NCBI GenBank assembly: GCA_000830175.1
Contig: JQIS01000050.1
Coordinates: forward strand, 4,578-68,577
From: Sulfurovum sp. FS08-3
GTDB lineage: Bacteria > Campylobacterota > Campylobacteria > Campylobacterales > Sulfurovaceae
Length of the DNA: 64,000 nt
Reading direction: 5' to 3'
Of this stretch, positions 28,524 through 39,084 are shown in pieces. The first letter of the stretch is position 1; the number at the start of each line of letters is the position of its first letter. A model generated the notes under the pieces. The model was not told where the DNA came from, searched no databases, and saw only the letters and a program-made list of their open reading frames with translations. The translations under genes and the position numbers were made by a program.

Positions 28524-28670
28524 TCTCTATCCTTGCGATTGTTTTGAGATACTAATGCAAAAACTATTCCGCTTGATAGAGAAGATACTCCAATCGTAGT
28601 TTGGGATACGAGCTTACTTTTGCAAGTGTTTTTTGGCTAGAATATCCAAATTCAAAAAAGGTTAGTCGAT

Positions 28671-29126
28671 ATGCAACCCAACGAAATCAAACCCGATACC
28701 CAGCTTTGTACCATTATTGGCTACAATGCCCAAAGTGGCACTAGCCGACGCTATTTGAATCGTATCCTAAAAGATAGCACCATCAATGCTACGGCTATTG
28801 CACTCAATATCAAAGAGGAGCATTTTGCCTTTACGATGCAAAATTTGGCACAATCCAAAGTCGATAAGATGATTATTGAGTATGAGTTTGGAGTCGATGC
28901 ACTCAACTATTGCAATGAGGCAAACTCTACCCAATATGTCGATTTTGTGGAGGTTGTGGATGGCAAAATAGTCGGCTTCAATTTGGACGAAGAGCTAAGC
29001 CGCCTTGTAAACACCAAATTCCTAGACCAACGCTCCATTTTGGCACTCAAAATGATGCTAATCGCCCATCGATGGTATAATGTGGATGTTGAGATAGATA
29101 AGATACCTATAATAATAAAGGACTAA
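28671..29126 (+). CDS. hypothetical protein
   Basis: ORF with coding-like composition; no motif recognised. Confidence 0.45.
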   Translation: MQPNEIKPDTQLCTIIGYNAQSGTSRRYLNRILKDSTINATAIALNIKEEHFAFTMQNLAQSKVDKMIIEYEFGVDALNYCNEANSTQYVDFVEVVDGKIVGFNLDEELSRLVNTKFLDQRSILALKMMLIAHRWYNVDVEIDKIPIIIKD

Positions 29127-29127
29127 A

Positions 29128-29583
29128 ATGCAACGAAATATAGAAGATTTAAAAAGAGAGTTTGAAAACTTCAAAATGGGGGATAACTGTGTTGATGGGA
29201 GTTGTGCTACGGATGCACAAGAGGATCTTAGGGATTATCCCGATTATACTCATGCACTCTATGCCAAATTGATGCCTCCTAGTCAAAGTGGGATTTATAT
29301 TTCAAGGTGGGATATCAAAGATATTGCCCTTGAAGCGGGGGATTCGATGGCGATTCATCCACGTAAACGGATGTTTGAATTGCTGATGAAGTACGCCGTG
29401 AGCAAAGAGAATATGACGTTGGTGCTTGATGCTATGGAAAAACATATCAACGAAAAAATCGCTATTTATGAAGAGTTGATGGAGAGTTTTCCAAGCTCCA
29501 AAGAGATATTTGAGCCTCAAATTGCCAAAGCCAAAAAGAGTGTAGCACTTTTCCCCTCAATACTCGATGAGTATTTTGTTTAA
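29128..29583 (+). CDS. hypothetical protein
   Basis: ORF starts 1 nt after the upstream stop; no motif recognised. Confidence 0.45.
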   Translation: MQRNIEDLKREFENFKMGDNCVDGSCATDAQEDLRDYPDYTHALYAKLMPPSQSGIYISRWDIKDIALEAGDSMAIHPRKRMFELLMKYAVSKENMTLVLDAMEKHINEKIAIYEELMESFPSSKEIFEPQIAKAKKSVALFPSILDEYFV

Positions 29584-29688
29584 AGCTCTTGTTGGTGAAG
29601 TTTCAATCGTGGGTTCAACCAATCACCATTAAACTTTTGCTAAAATAGGTTTTTAGATTTTAAAATGTTTGCACACAAAGGATAAACA

Positions 29689-30132
29689 ATGAAAGTATTA
29701 CTAGTAAAAGATGTAAAATCTCTAGGACACGCAGGAGAGATAAAAGAGGTCAAAGATGGCTATGCACAAAACTTTTTGATCAAAAAGGGATTGGCAAAAT
29801 TGGCAACAACCCAAGTAATCGAGCAGTGGAAAGTAGATGAAGCCCAAAAGGCTCAAATGCTCAAAGATGAGATAGAGCAGTTTCAAAACTACAAAAAACA
29901 ACTTGAAAACATAACCGTTGTCATTAGCAAAAAAGCAGCTCCTGTTGGCATTCAAGGGAGTGTGGGCAAAGAGGATATTGTAGAGAAGCTCAAAAGTGCC
30001 TACAATATTGAGATCGATAAAAAATCACTCGAACTCAAAAAAGCAATCAAAACCACGGGTATTCACGATGTCGATGCCAAGCTAGGACACGGCATTCATG
30101 CCAATATTCGTGTTGAAGTAGTAAGTGAGTAG
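29689..30132 (+). CDS. rplI: 50S ribosomal protein L9
   Basis: [31 protein letters not shown]-terminus. Confidence 0.95.
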   Translation: MKVLLVKDVKSLGHAGEIKEVKDGYAQNFLIKKGLAKLATTQVIEQWKVDEAQKAQMLKDEIEQFQNYKKQLENITVVISKKAAPVGIQGSVGKEDIVEKLKSAYNIEIDKKSLELKKAIKTTGIHDVDAKLGHGIHANIRVEVVSE

Positions 30133-30134
30133 TC

Positions 30135-30665
30135 GTGTTTGAAGCAACTACGATACTAGGCTACAAAGGCAAAAACGCAGCCGTCATTGGCGGAGATGGG
30201 CAAGTAACCTTTGGGAATGCTATCCTCAAAGGCAATGCCAATAAGATTCGCAAACTTTTTGATGGCAAAATTTTGGCAGGATTTGCAGGAAGCACGGCAG
30301 ATGCTTTTACGCTTTTTGATATGTTTGAGGGGATTCTCAATGAAAAAAAGGGCGATTTGTTTCGCTCGGTGATAGAGTTTTCCAAACAGTGGCGAAAAGA
30401 TAAACATTTGCGTAGCCTTGAGGCGATGATGATAGTACTCAACCGTGAGCATATCTTTATCCTTTCGGGTAATGGCGATGTGGTAGAGCCTGAAGATGGA
30501 CAAATAGCCGCTATTGGAAGCGGAGGCAACTACGCTATTGCAGCCGCACGAGCTTTGGCAAAACACGCTACGATGGATGAAACAAGCCTTGTGCAAGAGT
30601 CCTTGATGATAGCGGGTGAGCTGTGTATCTATACCAATCAAAACATTAAAATATTAGAGCTATAA
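30135..30665 (+). CDS. hslV: ATP-dependent protease subunit HslV
   Basis: N-terminal TTILGYKG (catalytic Thr), GGDGQVT, GSGGNYA; GTG start. Confidence 0.93.
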   Translation: MFEATTILGYKGKNAAVIGGDGQVTFGNAILKGNANKIRKLFDGKILAGFAGSTADAFTLFDMFEGILNEKKGDLFRSVIEFSKQWRKDKHLRSLEAMMIVLNREHIFILSGNGDVVEPEDGQIAAIGSGGNYAIAAARALAKHATMDETSLVQESLMIAGELCIYTNQNIKILEL

Positions 30666-30672
30666 GGAAGAG

Positions 30673-32001
30673 TTGTTGGAGAATTTGACACCTAAAGAGA
30701 TTGTAGAGTATCTTGATAAGTATGTTATAGGACAAGAAAAGGCCAAAAAGACCATCGCTGTAGCCTTGCGTAATCGCTACCGCCGCATGAAGTTGTCCCC
30801 TGAAATTCAAAAAGATATTGTACCCAAAAATATTTTGATGATAGGCGATACGGGGGTAGGTAAGACGGAGATTGCTAGACGACTCGCCTCCATGATGAGT
30901 CTGCCTTTTATCAAAGTCGAAGCGAGTAAATACACCGAAGTAGGCTTTGTAGGACGTGATGTGGAGTCGATGGTGAGGGATTTGGCAATGGTTTCGATAG
31001 GAATTGTCAAAGAGGAGATGACCAAAGCCAACCAAGAAAAAATTGAAGCCTATATCGAAAACAAAATCATCGAACAGCTTTTGCCACCTCTACCTTCTGG
31101 GGCTAGTGAGGAGAAAAAGAGTGACTACGAACGAAGCTTTGCCAAGATGCAAGAACGCCTTGCCAAAGGGGAGCTAGACCATCTCAAAATCAATGTAGAG
31201 ATTACCCAAGATGCTTTTGATTTGAGTGATAACTCTATGCCCATGCACATCATTGAGGTACAAGAGTCGATTTCCAAAGTGCTAGGCGGACTCAACAAGC
31301 CCAAAAAAAAGGAAGTAACCGTCAAGGAAGCCAAACCTATTTTGGCTCAAGAGGCGACGCACTATCTGCTTGATGAGGAGAGTATCAAAAAAGAGGCACT
31401 TGAACGTGCACAGATGGGAGGGATTATCTTCATTGATGAGATTGATAAGGTAGCGGTTTCAAGCTCAAATAGCCGACAAGACCCAAGCAAAGAGGGGGTA
31501 CAAAGAGACCTGCTTCCTATCGTAGAGGGATCGAATGTCCATACCAAATTGGGAGTACTCAAAACCGACCATATTTTGTTTATCGCCGCTGGAGCTTTTC
31601 ATCTCTCCAAACCCAGTGATCTTATCCCCGAACTTCAAGGGCGTTTTCCGTTGCGTGTCGAGCTTGATTGCCTCGATGAGGAGACGCTCTATCGCATCTT
31701 GACCGAACCCAAAAACTCTATCGTACAACAATACAAACTTTTGATGGGCGTTGAGGGCGTGGCGTTGCTTTTCAAAGAAGAGGCACTAAGAGCCGTAGCC
31801 AAATACGCTTTTATGGCCAATGAGAAGAGCGAAGATATTGGAGCAAGAAGATTGCATACGATTATGGAAAAGGTACTTGAAGAGATTAGCTTCGACGCCG
31901 ATAGACACCACGGCGAAGCTATCGAGATCGATGAAGCACTCGTAAGCCAACAAATTGGCGAAATCGTCAAAGACGAGGATGCTACACGCTACATTTTGTA
32001 A
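30673..32001 (+). CDS. hslU: ATP-dependent protease ATPase subunit HslU
   Basis: LTPKEIVEYLDKYVIGQ, Walker A GDTGVGKTEIARRLA, IIFIDEIDK; TTG start. Confidence 0.95.
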   Translation: MLENLTPKEIVEYLDKYVIGQEKAKKTIAVALRNRYRRMKLSPEIQKDIVPKNILMIGDTGVGKTEIARRLASMMSLPFIKVEASKYTEVGFVGRDVESMVRDLAMVSIGIVKEEMTKANQEKIEAYIENKIIEQLLPPLPSGASEEKKSDYERSFAKMQERLAKGELDHLKINVEITQDAFDLSDNSMPMHIIEVQESISKVLGGLNKPKKKEVTVKEAKPILAQEATHYLLDEESIKKEALERAQMGGIIFIDEIDKVAVSSSNSRQDPSKEGVQRDLLPIVEGSNVHTKLGVLKTDHILFIAAGAFHLSKPSDLIPELQGRFPLRVELDCLDEETLYRILTEPKNSIVQQYKLLMGVEGVALLFKEEALRAVAKYAFMANEKSEDIGARRLHTIMEKVLEEISFDADRHHGEAIEIDEALVSQQIGEIVKDEDATRYIL

Positions 32002-32054
32002 ATAAGCCACCTCGTCATTTTGTGCTTCACTCGTTCCAAAGCTCCTTGCTTTTA

Positions 32055-32180
32055 CCTCGTTCCCATCGTCTCGATGGGAACGCGTACGAGAGCTATATAA
32101 GCCAACTAACGTTGGATTGTAAGTGAAATTATACTCAAACATTGGTAGGCATTCCCACGCAGGAGCGATGGGAACGAGGG
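32055..32180. repeat. about 125-bp MITE-like element with CCTCGTTCCCATCG terminal inverted repeats
   Basis: Left end CCTCGTTCCCATCGTCTCGATGGGAA, right end CGATGGGAACGAGGG. Confidence 0.7.
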
Positions 32181-32285
32181 AAATAAAATGACTTATAAAT
32201 ATGATAACGAAAAGCAAACAATTTACTTTCAAAAAGATTGTGTTTTAATTAAAATAGGAGATGTGTATGAAAAAGTATTTTTATA

Positions 32286-32346
32286 ACAGGCTAATCGGTT
32301 AGCTCCTCCTGTTACCAATCGTATCCATAAGTGATGTTTTTCCCTG
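32286..32346. mobile_element. left half of the 121-bp TIR element (copy B, truncated)
   Basis: Identical to the first ~56 nt of copies A and C, then diverges. Confidence 0.8.
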
Positions 32347-32643
32347 TATAACTTTTATTTGACAGATTTATATCTTGTATGTCTTTTTAGGTTGGGTTAG
32401 AATTGCTGCACTTGGGTATTTTTGGCAAAAAGAGTGGTTGAATAGAGAATAAAAAGTGACACGATAGGAAGAAAAATTTTCATGAGGTGGTAACCTTGGA
32501 AAGTTTTATGTAAAGTGATATTGTAACACCAATCGAGTAAATAGGGACTTAAGCTAAATGGGGCTTCTTGTTAATATAGTTTGAAAATATCAAAGAAGAT
32601 TTCAAATCTAAAGCTTAGTATCAAAAACTATACTATATAATAT

Positions 32644-32752
32644 CTGATGTTACGCACTTTGCCCAACAAATCATCTTTGAACGAGTCATTGCGAGACACG
32701 AAGCAATCCACAACATTTGAGATTGCTTCACCCCAAAGGGTTCGCAATGACC
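32644..32752. repeat. dispersed repeat (GTCATTGC...GAAGCAATC family)
   Basis: 32650-32729 matches 18281-18358. CTGATGTTACGCAC is also the head of the 40.8/45.7-kb elements. Confidence 0.75.
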
Positions 32753-32824
32753 TCTTTTGATGCGGTAATTTTTTAGGCACATAAGCTCAGATAACATTTA
32801 GACAATTAGCACAAAGGAGTTCTT

Positions 32825-33382
32825 ATTAAAACTTTATATCTTGTACGCCATGCAAAGTCAAGCTGGAAAGATGCAAAGCTAAGTGATTTTGAACGTGGAC
32901 TATCACGTCAAGGCAAAAAAGATTTGCAAAGCATGAGTTCCTATATCGCTCTATCCAAAGTAGAATCCAACCTAGTACTCTCAAGTTGTGCCTTAAGAGC
33001 TCAACTAAGCATTGATGCAATTGTCAATAAGTTGGAGTACAGTGGCAAGATACACTACATCAACGAACTCTACAGAGAAAAACCCAAAACACTGCTCAAT
33101 GTCATAGCGTTGCAAGATGACCAATACGACAAGATGATGGTTATGGGACACAATCCCGAACTCACCGAATTGGCCAATATTTTTTTAAAAGAGAATATCA
33201 ACAAACTACCAACATTGGGCTTGATTGAGATTAAGTTTGATACGGATAAATGGGAAGATGTCATAGAGGCACAAGGGAAACTAGGGCTTTTGCTCTACCC
33301 CAATCAGTTTAAATACCATATGCCCAAAAAAATCCGAGAACACTATGCTAAGGAAAATTTGAATTTGGATTTGGATGAGTAG
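32825..33382 (+). CDS. SixA/histidine-phosphatase family protein (paralog of 59031), possible ATT start
   Basis: Catalytic-motif codons LYLVRHAKSSWKD lie upstream of the first canonical start (TTG 32924). AAGGAG lies 5 nt before ATT 32825; in-frame stop at 32807. Confidence 0.5.
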   Translation: MKTLYLVRHAKSSWKDAKLSDFERGLSRQGKKDLQSMSSYIALSKVESNLVLSSCALRAQLSIDAIVNKLEYSGKIHYINELYREKPKTLLNVIALQDDQYDKMMVMGHNPELTELANIFLKENINKLPTLGLIEIKFDTDKWEDVIEAQGKLGLLLYPNQFKYHMPKKIREHYAKENLNLDLDE

Positions 33383-33434
33383 TCTTTTGAGTCTGCTATG
33401 TTAGACCCCAAATACAATTGGGAGTCTATGTATC

Positions 33435-33824
33435 CTAAAGGTCTCTCAACTCTTTAGAGATAGCTTGAGAGGTTTTTTCCATAATCATCTTAGCCAAAGC
33501 CACATTACCATCATCTCTAAAGATAGCAAATACGTTGATTTTTGTGAAGTTATCACCCGATTGGTCTCCTGCACTGTTGATCAAAAAGACGTGACCATCC
33601 ATCGTTTTGGTTTCGATAAACGAAGCATCCGAAAACCCAACGTCGAGTGATGATTCCGACATCATTCTAAAAGCATCGTTGAAAATACTTGCTGAATAGG
33701 CAATATCAACACCTGTATTTTCATTATCCATATAGAGCGTCTCACCTGCGAAGTTAAGTACCGCCGAACCTAAATAACCACTAACCGTTCGTAATTTTTT
33801 CATTGAAATTTCAAAATCTATCAT
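33435..33824 (-). CDS. hypothetical protein
   Basis: 129-aa ORF 10 nt downstream of the PAS gene; weak roadblock/LC7-like impression only. Confidence 0.45.
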   Translation of the reverse strand: MIDFEISMKKLRTVSGYLGSAVLNFAGETLYMDNENTGVDIAYSASIFNDAFRMMSESSLDVGFSDASFIETKTMDGHVFLINSAGDQSGDNFTKINVFAIFRDDGNVALAKMIMEKTSQAISKELRDL

Positions 33825-33834
33825 TGTTTAATCC

Positions 33835-34350
33835 TTACCCTTGAATTCTTGACATAACATCATTAAATGTATTGAGATTTCCACCTTGCGATACTAAGAA
33901 ATCTTCTAAAACTTTTTGTGAAGCCTCCATGCCACCACTTGCCTCTGCATCTATCATGTTTTTATAGAGTGGTTCAATCATCGCTCTTGCTGTTGCATTC
34001 ATTCTTTTGCGTGTTGAGGTATAGTTTCTAAACGACCCATCGGGATTGGTTGCTACTCTTACTTGTGCAAATACCCAATAAAATGAACCATCTTTGCAAA
34101 GATTTTTGACAAACACATTGGTATCGATTCCGCCTTTGAGATGATCCCATAAGAGCTTAAAAACACTTTTGGGCATATCGGGATGGCGAATGATGAAGTG
34201 GGGCTTATCTATCAATTCACTTTGCGTATAACCTGCTATATTGAAAAAAATTGGGTTTGCATAGGTAATATCACCCGCCTCATTGCCTTTTGAGACGATA
34301 ATATCAATATCTCTCACCTCTTTTTCTACATCTGTAGGTGCAACTCCCAT
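33835..34350 (-). CDS. Aer/CetB-type PAS domain protein
   Basis: ITYANPIFFNIAGYTQSELIDKPHFIIRHPDMP signature of FAD-type PAS sensors. Confidence 0.75.
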   Translation of the reverse strand: MGVAPTDVEKEVRDIDIIVSKGNEAGDITYANPIFFNIAGYTQSELIDKPHFIIRHPDMPKSVFKLLWDHLKGGIDTNVFVKNLCKDGSFYWVFAQVRVATNPDGSFRNYTSTRKRMNATARAMIEPLYKNMIDAEASGGMEASQKVLEDFLVSQGGNLNTFNDVMSRIQG

Positions 34351-34476
34351 CTATAACTCCTTTTTATATATTATGCTTTGCGTTATTATTCTACATAATT
34401 TTACTTAAAGTATCGTTAGGAAACTAAGAGCTTTTTTGCTATAATCCAAAAATTATCTCAATTGTATAGGAAAAAG

Positions 34477-36495
34477 ATGCAAAACAAACCCAATTTTATC
34501 AATACGCTCACCGAGGCAATGAACCACGTTGCACAGGCAAAAGATAACAAAGAGATTAATCAACTCATAGAGAAGCTTTTGATGGATTTTACCGACTCCG
34601 AACGGGCTACATTATTGATTTTTGATAAAGAACGGATGCTCTTATTCAACGACAATGGGGAAAAAACGCAAAAATTTTCTGTCGTTGGTTCAGATATTGG
34701 ATTGGCGGGATACACGCTCAACACCAAAAAAAGTGCCATTTTCAACCACGTCACAAGCGAGAAATACTACGAAGCATCTATCGACAATCCAAGCAATATG
34801 CGTATCAAAGGACAAATCATTGTTCCGCTCATTCAAGAGGAGAAAATCTATGGATTGGCACGAGTTTCACGCTCCATTCTCTTCAATCGAAACTATACCA
34901 AAACCCAACTTGATATGATTAAATCCATCGAAGGATTTCTTATCAAAATCATCAACATTATGCAAGGGGGCAACAAAGCACAAAGCATGGATGTCAATAA
35001 ACAAGAGGTTGAAGAGAAGATTACCCAAGCCAAAAAAAGCAGCATCAACGACAGCGAAGAGATCAACTCCACCATGCTCTTTCTCTCCAATACCGTCCAC
35101 GATATTCGCACCCCTGCCAACTCTCTCTATGGATTTTTGGATTTGATGGAGGAGCAGATTAAAGATGAGCGACTCCTAGGCTTCATCGCCAATGCCAAAG
35201 AGTCGGCACAATTTATCAATACCCTCACCGATTCGATTTTGGAGCGTATCAAATATGAAAAAGAGTCCTCCACCTCTGAGCCAACCGTTATCAATACGAT
35301 TAAGTTTTTTTCAAACGTAGCCAATATCTTTACGGCTAATATGTTCAAAAAAGAGATTCACTACCTCATCTACATCGATCCCCTTATCCCCAAAGAGATT
35401 GAAATCGAAGAGCTTAAAATCAAACGAGTACTCATCAATCTCATAGGAAACGCTTACAAATTTACACCCAAAGATAAAGTCATTGAGTTTAGGATAGAGT
35501 ACAATGCACTCCAAAAATCACTAACCTTTAGCGTCAAAGATACAGGTATTGGTATCGCCAAAGAGAACCAAGAGAAGATATTTGAAGCCTTTGAACAAGC
35601 CCAAGCCGATACCTCTATCCACTTTGGTGGCACAGGTTTGGGATTGGCAATCTCGGCTAAATACGTCCAAGATTTGGGCGGAAAACTCAAACTTGAAAGC
35701 GAGATAGACAAAGGAAGCAACTTCTATTTTGCCATTCCTATCCGCATCATTGATGAGTCTCCCGCACACCTCTCTTTTGAAGATCCAACCAAATTTATTA
35801 CCATCTTGACCGATCGCCCCGCTTGTATTGATGCCAACAATATGCGAAAATATCTTCAAGATCTCTCTATCGCCGATGAAAACATAGCCATATCCCAAAG
35901 CATTACGCCAAAGACAACCCATCTTTTTTGTTTTGAACACAAACTAAGCGAAGAGATTGTCAAAGAGTGCAAAGAGAGAAACATTAAGCTTGTTGCCATA
36001 GAAGAACAGCTCTTTTCGATTACCAAAAATCCTAAATACAAAAATCTTAAAGTTATTTCCGAAAACTCCTACTACGGAGATGTACTCTATTCGGCGGTCT
36101 CTTCACAACGCAAACCCCGTATCTTTATCGCCGATGACAACAAAATCAACGTCATGCTACTCAAAACCATCCTTGAGAGCGAGTATTGTACTATTGAATA
36201 CGCCCTTGATGGTCAAGATGCTCTCAATACTCTTATTAAGGGACTCAAAACAAGCAGACCCTTTGATGCGGTTTTCATCGATAAACATATGCCCTCTCTT
36301 TCAGGGATTGAGGTGATTGAGCAATACAAAGAGCAAGAAGCCAAATACAAACAGATTCGCCCTCTCAAAGTCATCTCCATTACAGGCGACCCCTCGATTA
36401 GCAACGAAGAGAAGAGACTCTATGATTTGATTGTAAGCAAACCCTTTAGTAAAAGCGAAATTCGTGAGGCATTTACCAAATCGGTGACTCAATAA
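34477..36495 (+). CDS. hybrid sensor histidine kinase (GAF-like, HisKA, HATPase, receiver)
   Basis: H-box TVHDIRTPANSL, NLIGNAYKFT, DTGIGI, GGTGLGLAIS; C-terminal receiver IFIADDN..FIDKHMP. Confidence 0.85.
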   Translation: MQNKPNFINTLTEAMNHVAQAKDNKEINQLIEKLLMDFTDSERATLLIFDKERMLLFNDNGEKTQKFSVVGSDIGLAGYTLNTKKSAIFNHVTSEKYYEASIDNPSNMRIKGQIIVPLIQEEKIYGLARVSRSILFNRNYTKTQLDMIKSIEGFLIKIINIMQGGNKAQSMDVNKQEVEEKITQAKKSSINDSEEINSTMLFLSNTVHDIRTPANSLYGFLDLMEEQIKDERLLGFIANAKESAQFINTLTDSILERIKYEKESSTSEPTVINTIKFFSNVANIFTANMFKKEIHYLIYIDPLIPKEIEIEELKIKRVLINLIGNAYKFTPKDKVIEFRIEYNALQKSLTFSVKDTGIGIAKENQEKIFEAFEQAQADTSIHFGGTGLGLAISAKYVQDLGGKLKLESEIDKGSNFYFAIPIRIIDESPAHLSFEDPTKFITILTDRPACIDANNMRKYLQDLSIADENIAISQSITPKTTHLFCFEHKLSEEIVKECKERNIKLVAIEEQLFSITKNPKYKNLKVISENSYYGDVLYSAVSSQRKPRIFIADDNKINVMLLKTILESEYCTIEYALDGQDALNTLIKGLKTSRPFDAVFIDKHMPSLSGIEVIEQYKEQEAKYKQIRPLKVISITGDPSISNEEKRLYDLIVSKPFSKSEIREAFTKSVTQ

Positions 36496-36500
36496 TTTGA

Positions 36501-36551
36501 GATTGCTTCACTTCGTTGGCAATGAGAGTCATTGCAAAGCACGAAGCAATC
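36501..36551. terminator. long imperfect hairpin between convergent genes (member of the GAAGCAATC repeat family)
   Basis: GATTGCTTC...GGCAATGA / TCATTGC...GAAGCAATC, between the stops at 36495 (+) and 36555 (-). Confidence 0.5.
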
Positions 36552-36554
36552 TAT

Positions 36555-37928
36555 CTAGTTTGTAAATCTAAAGCCTACAAGCGTGATGTCATCTCGACGC
36601 ATCTCTTCGCCTTGGTAGCGATTGATTTCGCTCAGGATAAGGCGTTTTTGTTTTTGCATGGGTTGATGATGGATAGAGAACAAAAACTTTTTGAAGCGTT
36701 TGTTGCCGTACAAAAATCGTTGTGTGCCTCCGATTTGATCGGTGATACCATCGGAGTAGAGATAAAAACTCTGATCTTTTAGGCTTAGGGTGTGATTGGT
36801 GTATTCATAATCTATCCTAGAACGCTTATAGCCTAAGCTTTGTTTGTTGCTTTTGATAGTTACCACCTCTCCATCTTCAATATAGACCAAATCAATCTTA
36901 GCCCCTGCAAATGTGAGATATTCTCTAGTACTATCAATATAACACAATCCCATATCCAAACCATCATCGCTAAGAGCATTGTGGTGGTTTTGATTGAGCT
37001 GTGAACGTATTTCGCTGTTGAGTTCACGCAGTATCATGGCGGGATTGTCACTTATAACGCTATGGCTTAAACGCCTAAAACTACTACCTACAAGCATCGT
37101 GATAAAACCTCCCGATACCCCATGCCCCGTACAATCGGCTACTCCTATAAGTATGCCTTTGTCGCTTTTGCCATAGAGATAGAGGTCACCGCTTACAATA
37201 TCTTTGGGTTGCCAAATCACAAAACTCTCCCCAAACTCCTTGCTGAACGCCTCCCATGGAGCTAAAAAGGATTTTTGAATATTGGTAGCGTAACGGATAG
37301 AAGATTGCAATTGGGTATTGGAGTGTGAAAGCTTCTCGTGATTTTCATGCAAAAGCGTATAGGCTTCTCGCACAATTTTCGCAAAGAAAAAAGCAATCAA
37401 AATCACCACAACATTGACCGCACTAAAACGCATAAACTCAATCGTTGAAAGCGTAACGCCTACAGTTGTGTAGATATAGGGCATCACAATGGCGTAAAAG
37501 ATAAACAAAAACTTCATTCCCTCCTTGTAGCCTTTGAGCGAAAAAGTGACAAAAGGGAGCGTAAAAGACCATAAAATCGAAAACGATTGGGCTTTGGCGA
37601 CAAAAATAGTGGCAATAGCTGCAAAAATAATGGTCAAAACCGCAAAGGTGGAGGCGACATCAATGGTGTGTTTGATACGCAATCTATACCAAATATAAAC
37701 GATAGGTAGCGTAAAAATCCCCTCGGCAATGCCTAAAGTATAGTTGCCAATCACAAATAGATGAACAAGAAAAAAGACAAAAAAGACACTTCCTGCCAAA
37801 TAGAGAATGATATTGGTCATCAAAACTTGCTGATAGAGATAGCTATTTTTGTCTATAGGCATATTGGATAAAAAAATAGTCCTAAAAGTTTTGGGTTTCA
37901 TCGTGTCCCTTATTTGGGTTGTAATCAT
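36555..37928 (-). CDS. membrane-bound SpoIIE/PP2C-family phosphatase
   Basis: Multiple N-terminal TM segments; VSGDLY, ADCTGHGVSGG, YSDGITDQ motifs. Confidence 0.8.
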   Translation of the reverse strand: MITTQIRDTMKPKTFRTIFLSNMPIDKNSYLYQQVLMTNIILYLAGSVFFVFFLVHLFVIGNYTLGIAEGIFTLPIVYIWYRLRIKHTIDVASTFAVLTIIFAAIATIFVAKAQSFSILWSFTLPFVTFSLKGYKEGMKFLFIFYAIVMPYIYTTVGVTLSTIEFMRFSAVNVVVILIAFFFAKIVREAYTLLHENHEKLSHSNTQLQSSIRYATNIQKSFLAPWEAFSKEFGESFVIWQPKDIVSGDLYLYGKSDKGILIGVADCTGHGVSGGFITMLVGSSFRRLSHSVISDNPAMILRELNSEIRSQLNQNHHNALSDDGLDMGLCYIDSTREYLTFAGAKIDLVYIEDGEVVTIKSNKQSLGYKRSRIDYEYTNHTLSLKDQSFYLYSDGITDQIGGTQRFLYGNKRFKKFLFSIHHQPMQKQKRLILSEINRYQGEEMRRDDITLVGFRFTN

Positions 37929-37996
37929 GCAAAGTAGTATTTAATTTTATTTATTATACTATATACTTCATAAAAGTTCTAAAAAGGAGGTTGGGT

Positions 37997-38356
37997 ATGA
38001 AAAAGTTTTTTGCTCTTATGGTGTTGGTGGTTTTGGGATTGACACAAGAGGTGATTGCAAATGAAGTCTATTACGCCAAAATCGGCTACAACGACAAAAT
38101 CAACTCGTACGGTGAGCGTTTAGGCAGTGTAGCGGATATTTTACGACAAGATAGAGCCAACTATCATAAGTTTTTCGTGCGTGATAGAGAGGATTCGGGC
38201 GATAGATTTTTTGCCTATCCTGATAATCGAGAAAGAATGGCTTCGATGCTACGCAACGGATACATCTCTCCCGCTACTCGTGATGCGATAATGTATGGCA
38301 ATCCTGTGGTGCGTGTGACCATTTATGATTATCGAATCGAAGTAGAACTCTACTAA
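37997..38356 (+). CDS. secreted hypothetical protein
   Basis: AGGAGG RBS, signal-peptide-like MKKFFALMVLVVLGL. Confidence 0.55.
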   Translation: MKKFFALMVLVVLGLTQEVIANEVYYAKIGYNDKINSYGERLGSVADILRQDRANYHKFFVRDREDSGDRFFAYPDNRERMASMLRNGYISPATRDAIMYGNPVVRVTIYDYRIEVELY

Positions 38357-39081
38357 TGCGTTACTTCATCCTCTTTGTGACGCTCTCCCTTTTTGCTTTG
38401 GGTGAGTGCGATGATAATGCCGATAAATTGGCGGCTTCTTACCCGCAAGTAAGCCACTGCCACAACAATCGCATCGTTTTTACCGATGGCACAACGATGC
38501 TCTACGATGATGGGAAACGCAAAAGCTTTGAGGAGTTGCTTGATAATGCCGATATTGAGGATATGTTTTCCATGCACTATCCACGAGGCAAAAGCTCCTA
38601 CGCTCCTCCTGCCAAAGATTTTGACCCTGGGCGTATTAGAAATGAAGCCTTTATGAAGAAGATTTACGGCTCAACCTCTTATCAAACCCAAGCAAAGCTT
38701 ACAACCATTCCTTTTGTGCATGGCAAACGCATCCAAATTACCACTACCAACGGGGTGGATAAAAAACTCCAAGCCGTGGGTCGTGAACTTGAAATGCTTC
38801 CGCAAAAATATCACAAATATTTCGCACAAATAGGCGGAACCTACTATTGGCGACCTATTGCAGGAACCAATCGACTCAGTTCACACTCTTTTGGTATTGC
38901 TATTGATATTAATGTCAAATACTCTGCCTATTGGCTATGGAGCAAAGGGGCTTATCGCTACCAAAATCAAATCCCTCCTGCTATCGTCGAGATATTTGAA
39001 AAACACGGCTTTATTTGGGGTGGCAAATGGTATCACTACGATACCATGCACTTCGAGTATCGCCCTGAGCTTTTACGTTAA
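38356..39081 (+). CDS. M15-family (VanY-like) D-alanyl-D-alanine carboxypeptidase
   Basis: SSHSFGIAIDIN and WGGKWYHYDTMHFEY motifs; TAATG overlap with the upstream gene. Confidence 0.75.
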   Translation: MRYFILFVTLSLFALGECDDNADKLAASYPQVSHCHNNRIVFTDGTTMLYDDGKRKSFEELLDNADIEDMFSMHYPRGKSSYAPPAKDFDPGRIRNEAFMKKIYGSTSYQTQAKLTTIPFVHGKRIQITTTNGVDKKLQAVGRELEMLPQKYHKYFAQIGGTYYWRPIAGTNRLSSHSFGIAIDINVKYSAYWLWSKGAYRYQNQIPPAIVEIFEKHGFIWGGKWYHYDTMHFEYRPELLR

Positions 39082-39084
39082 TCC

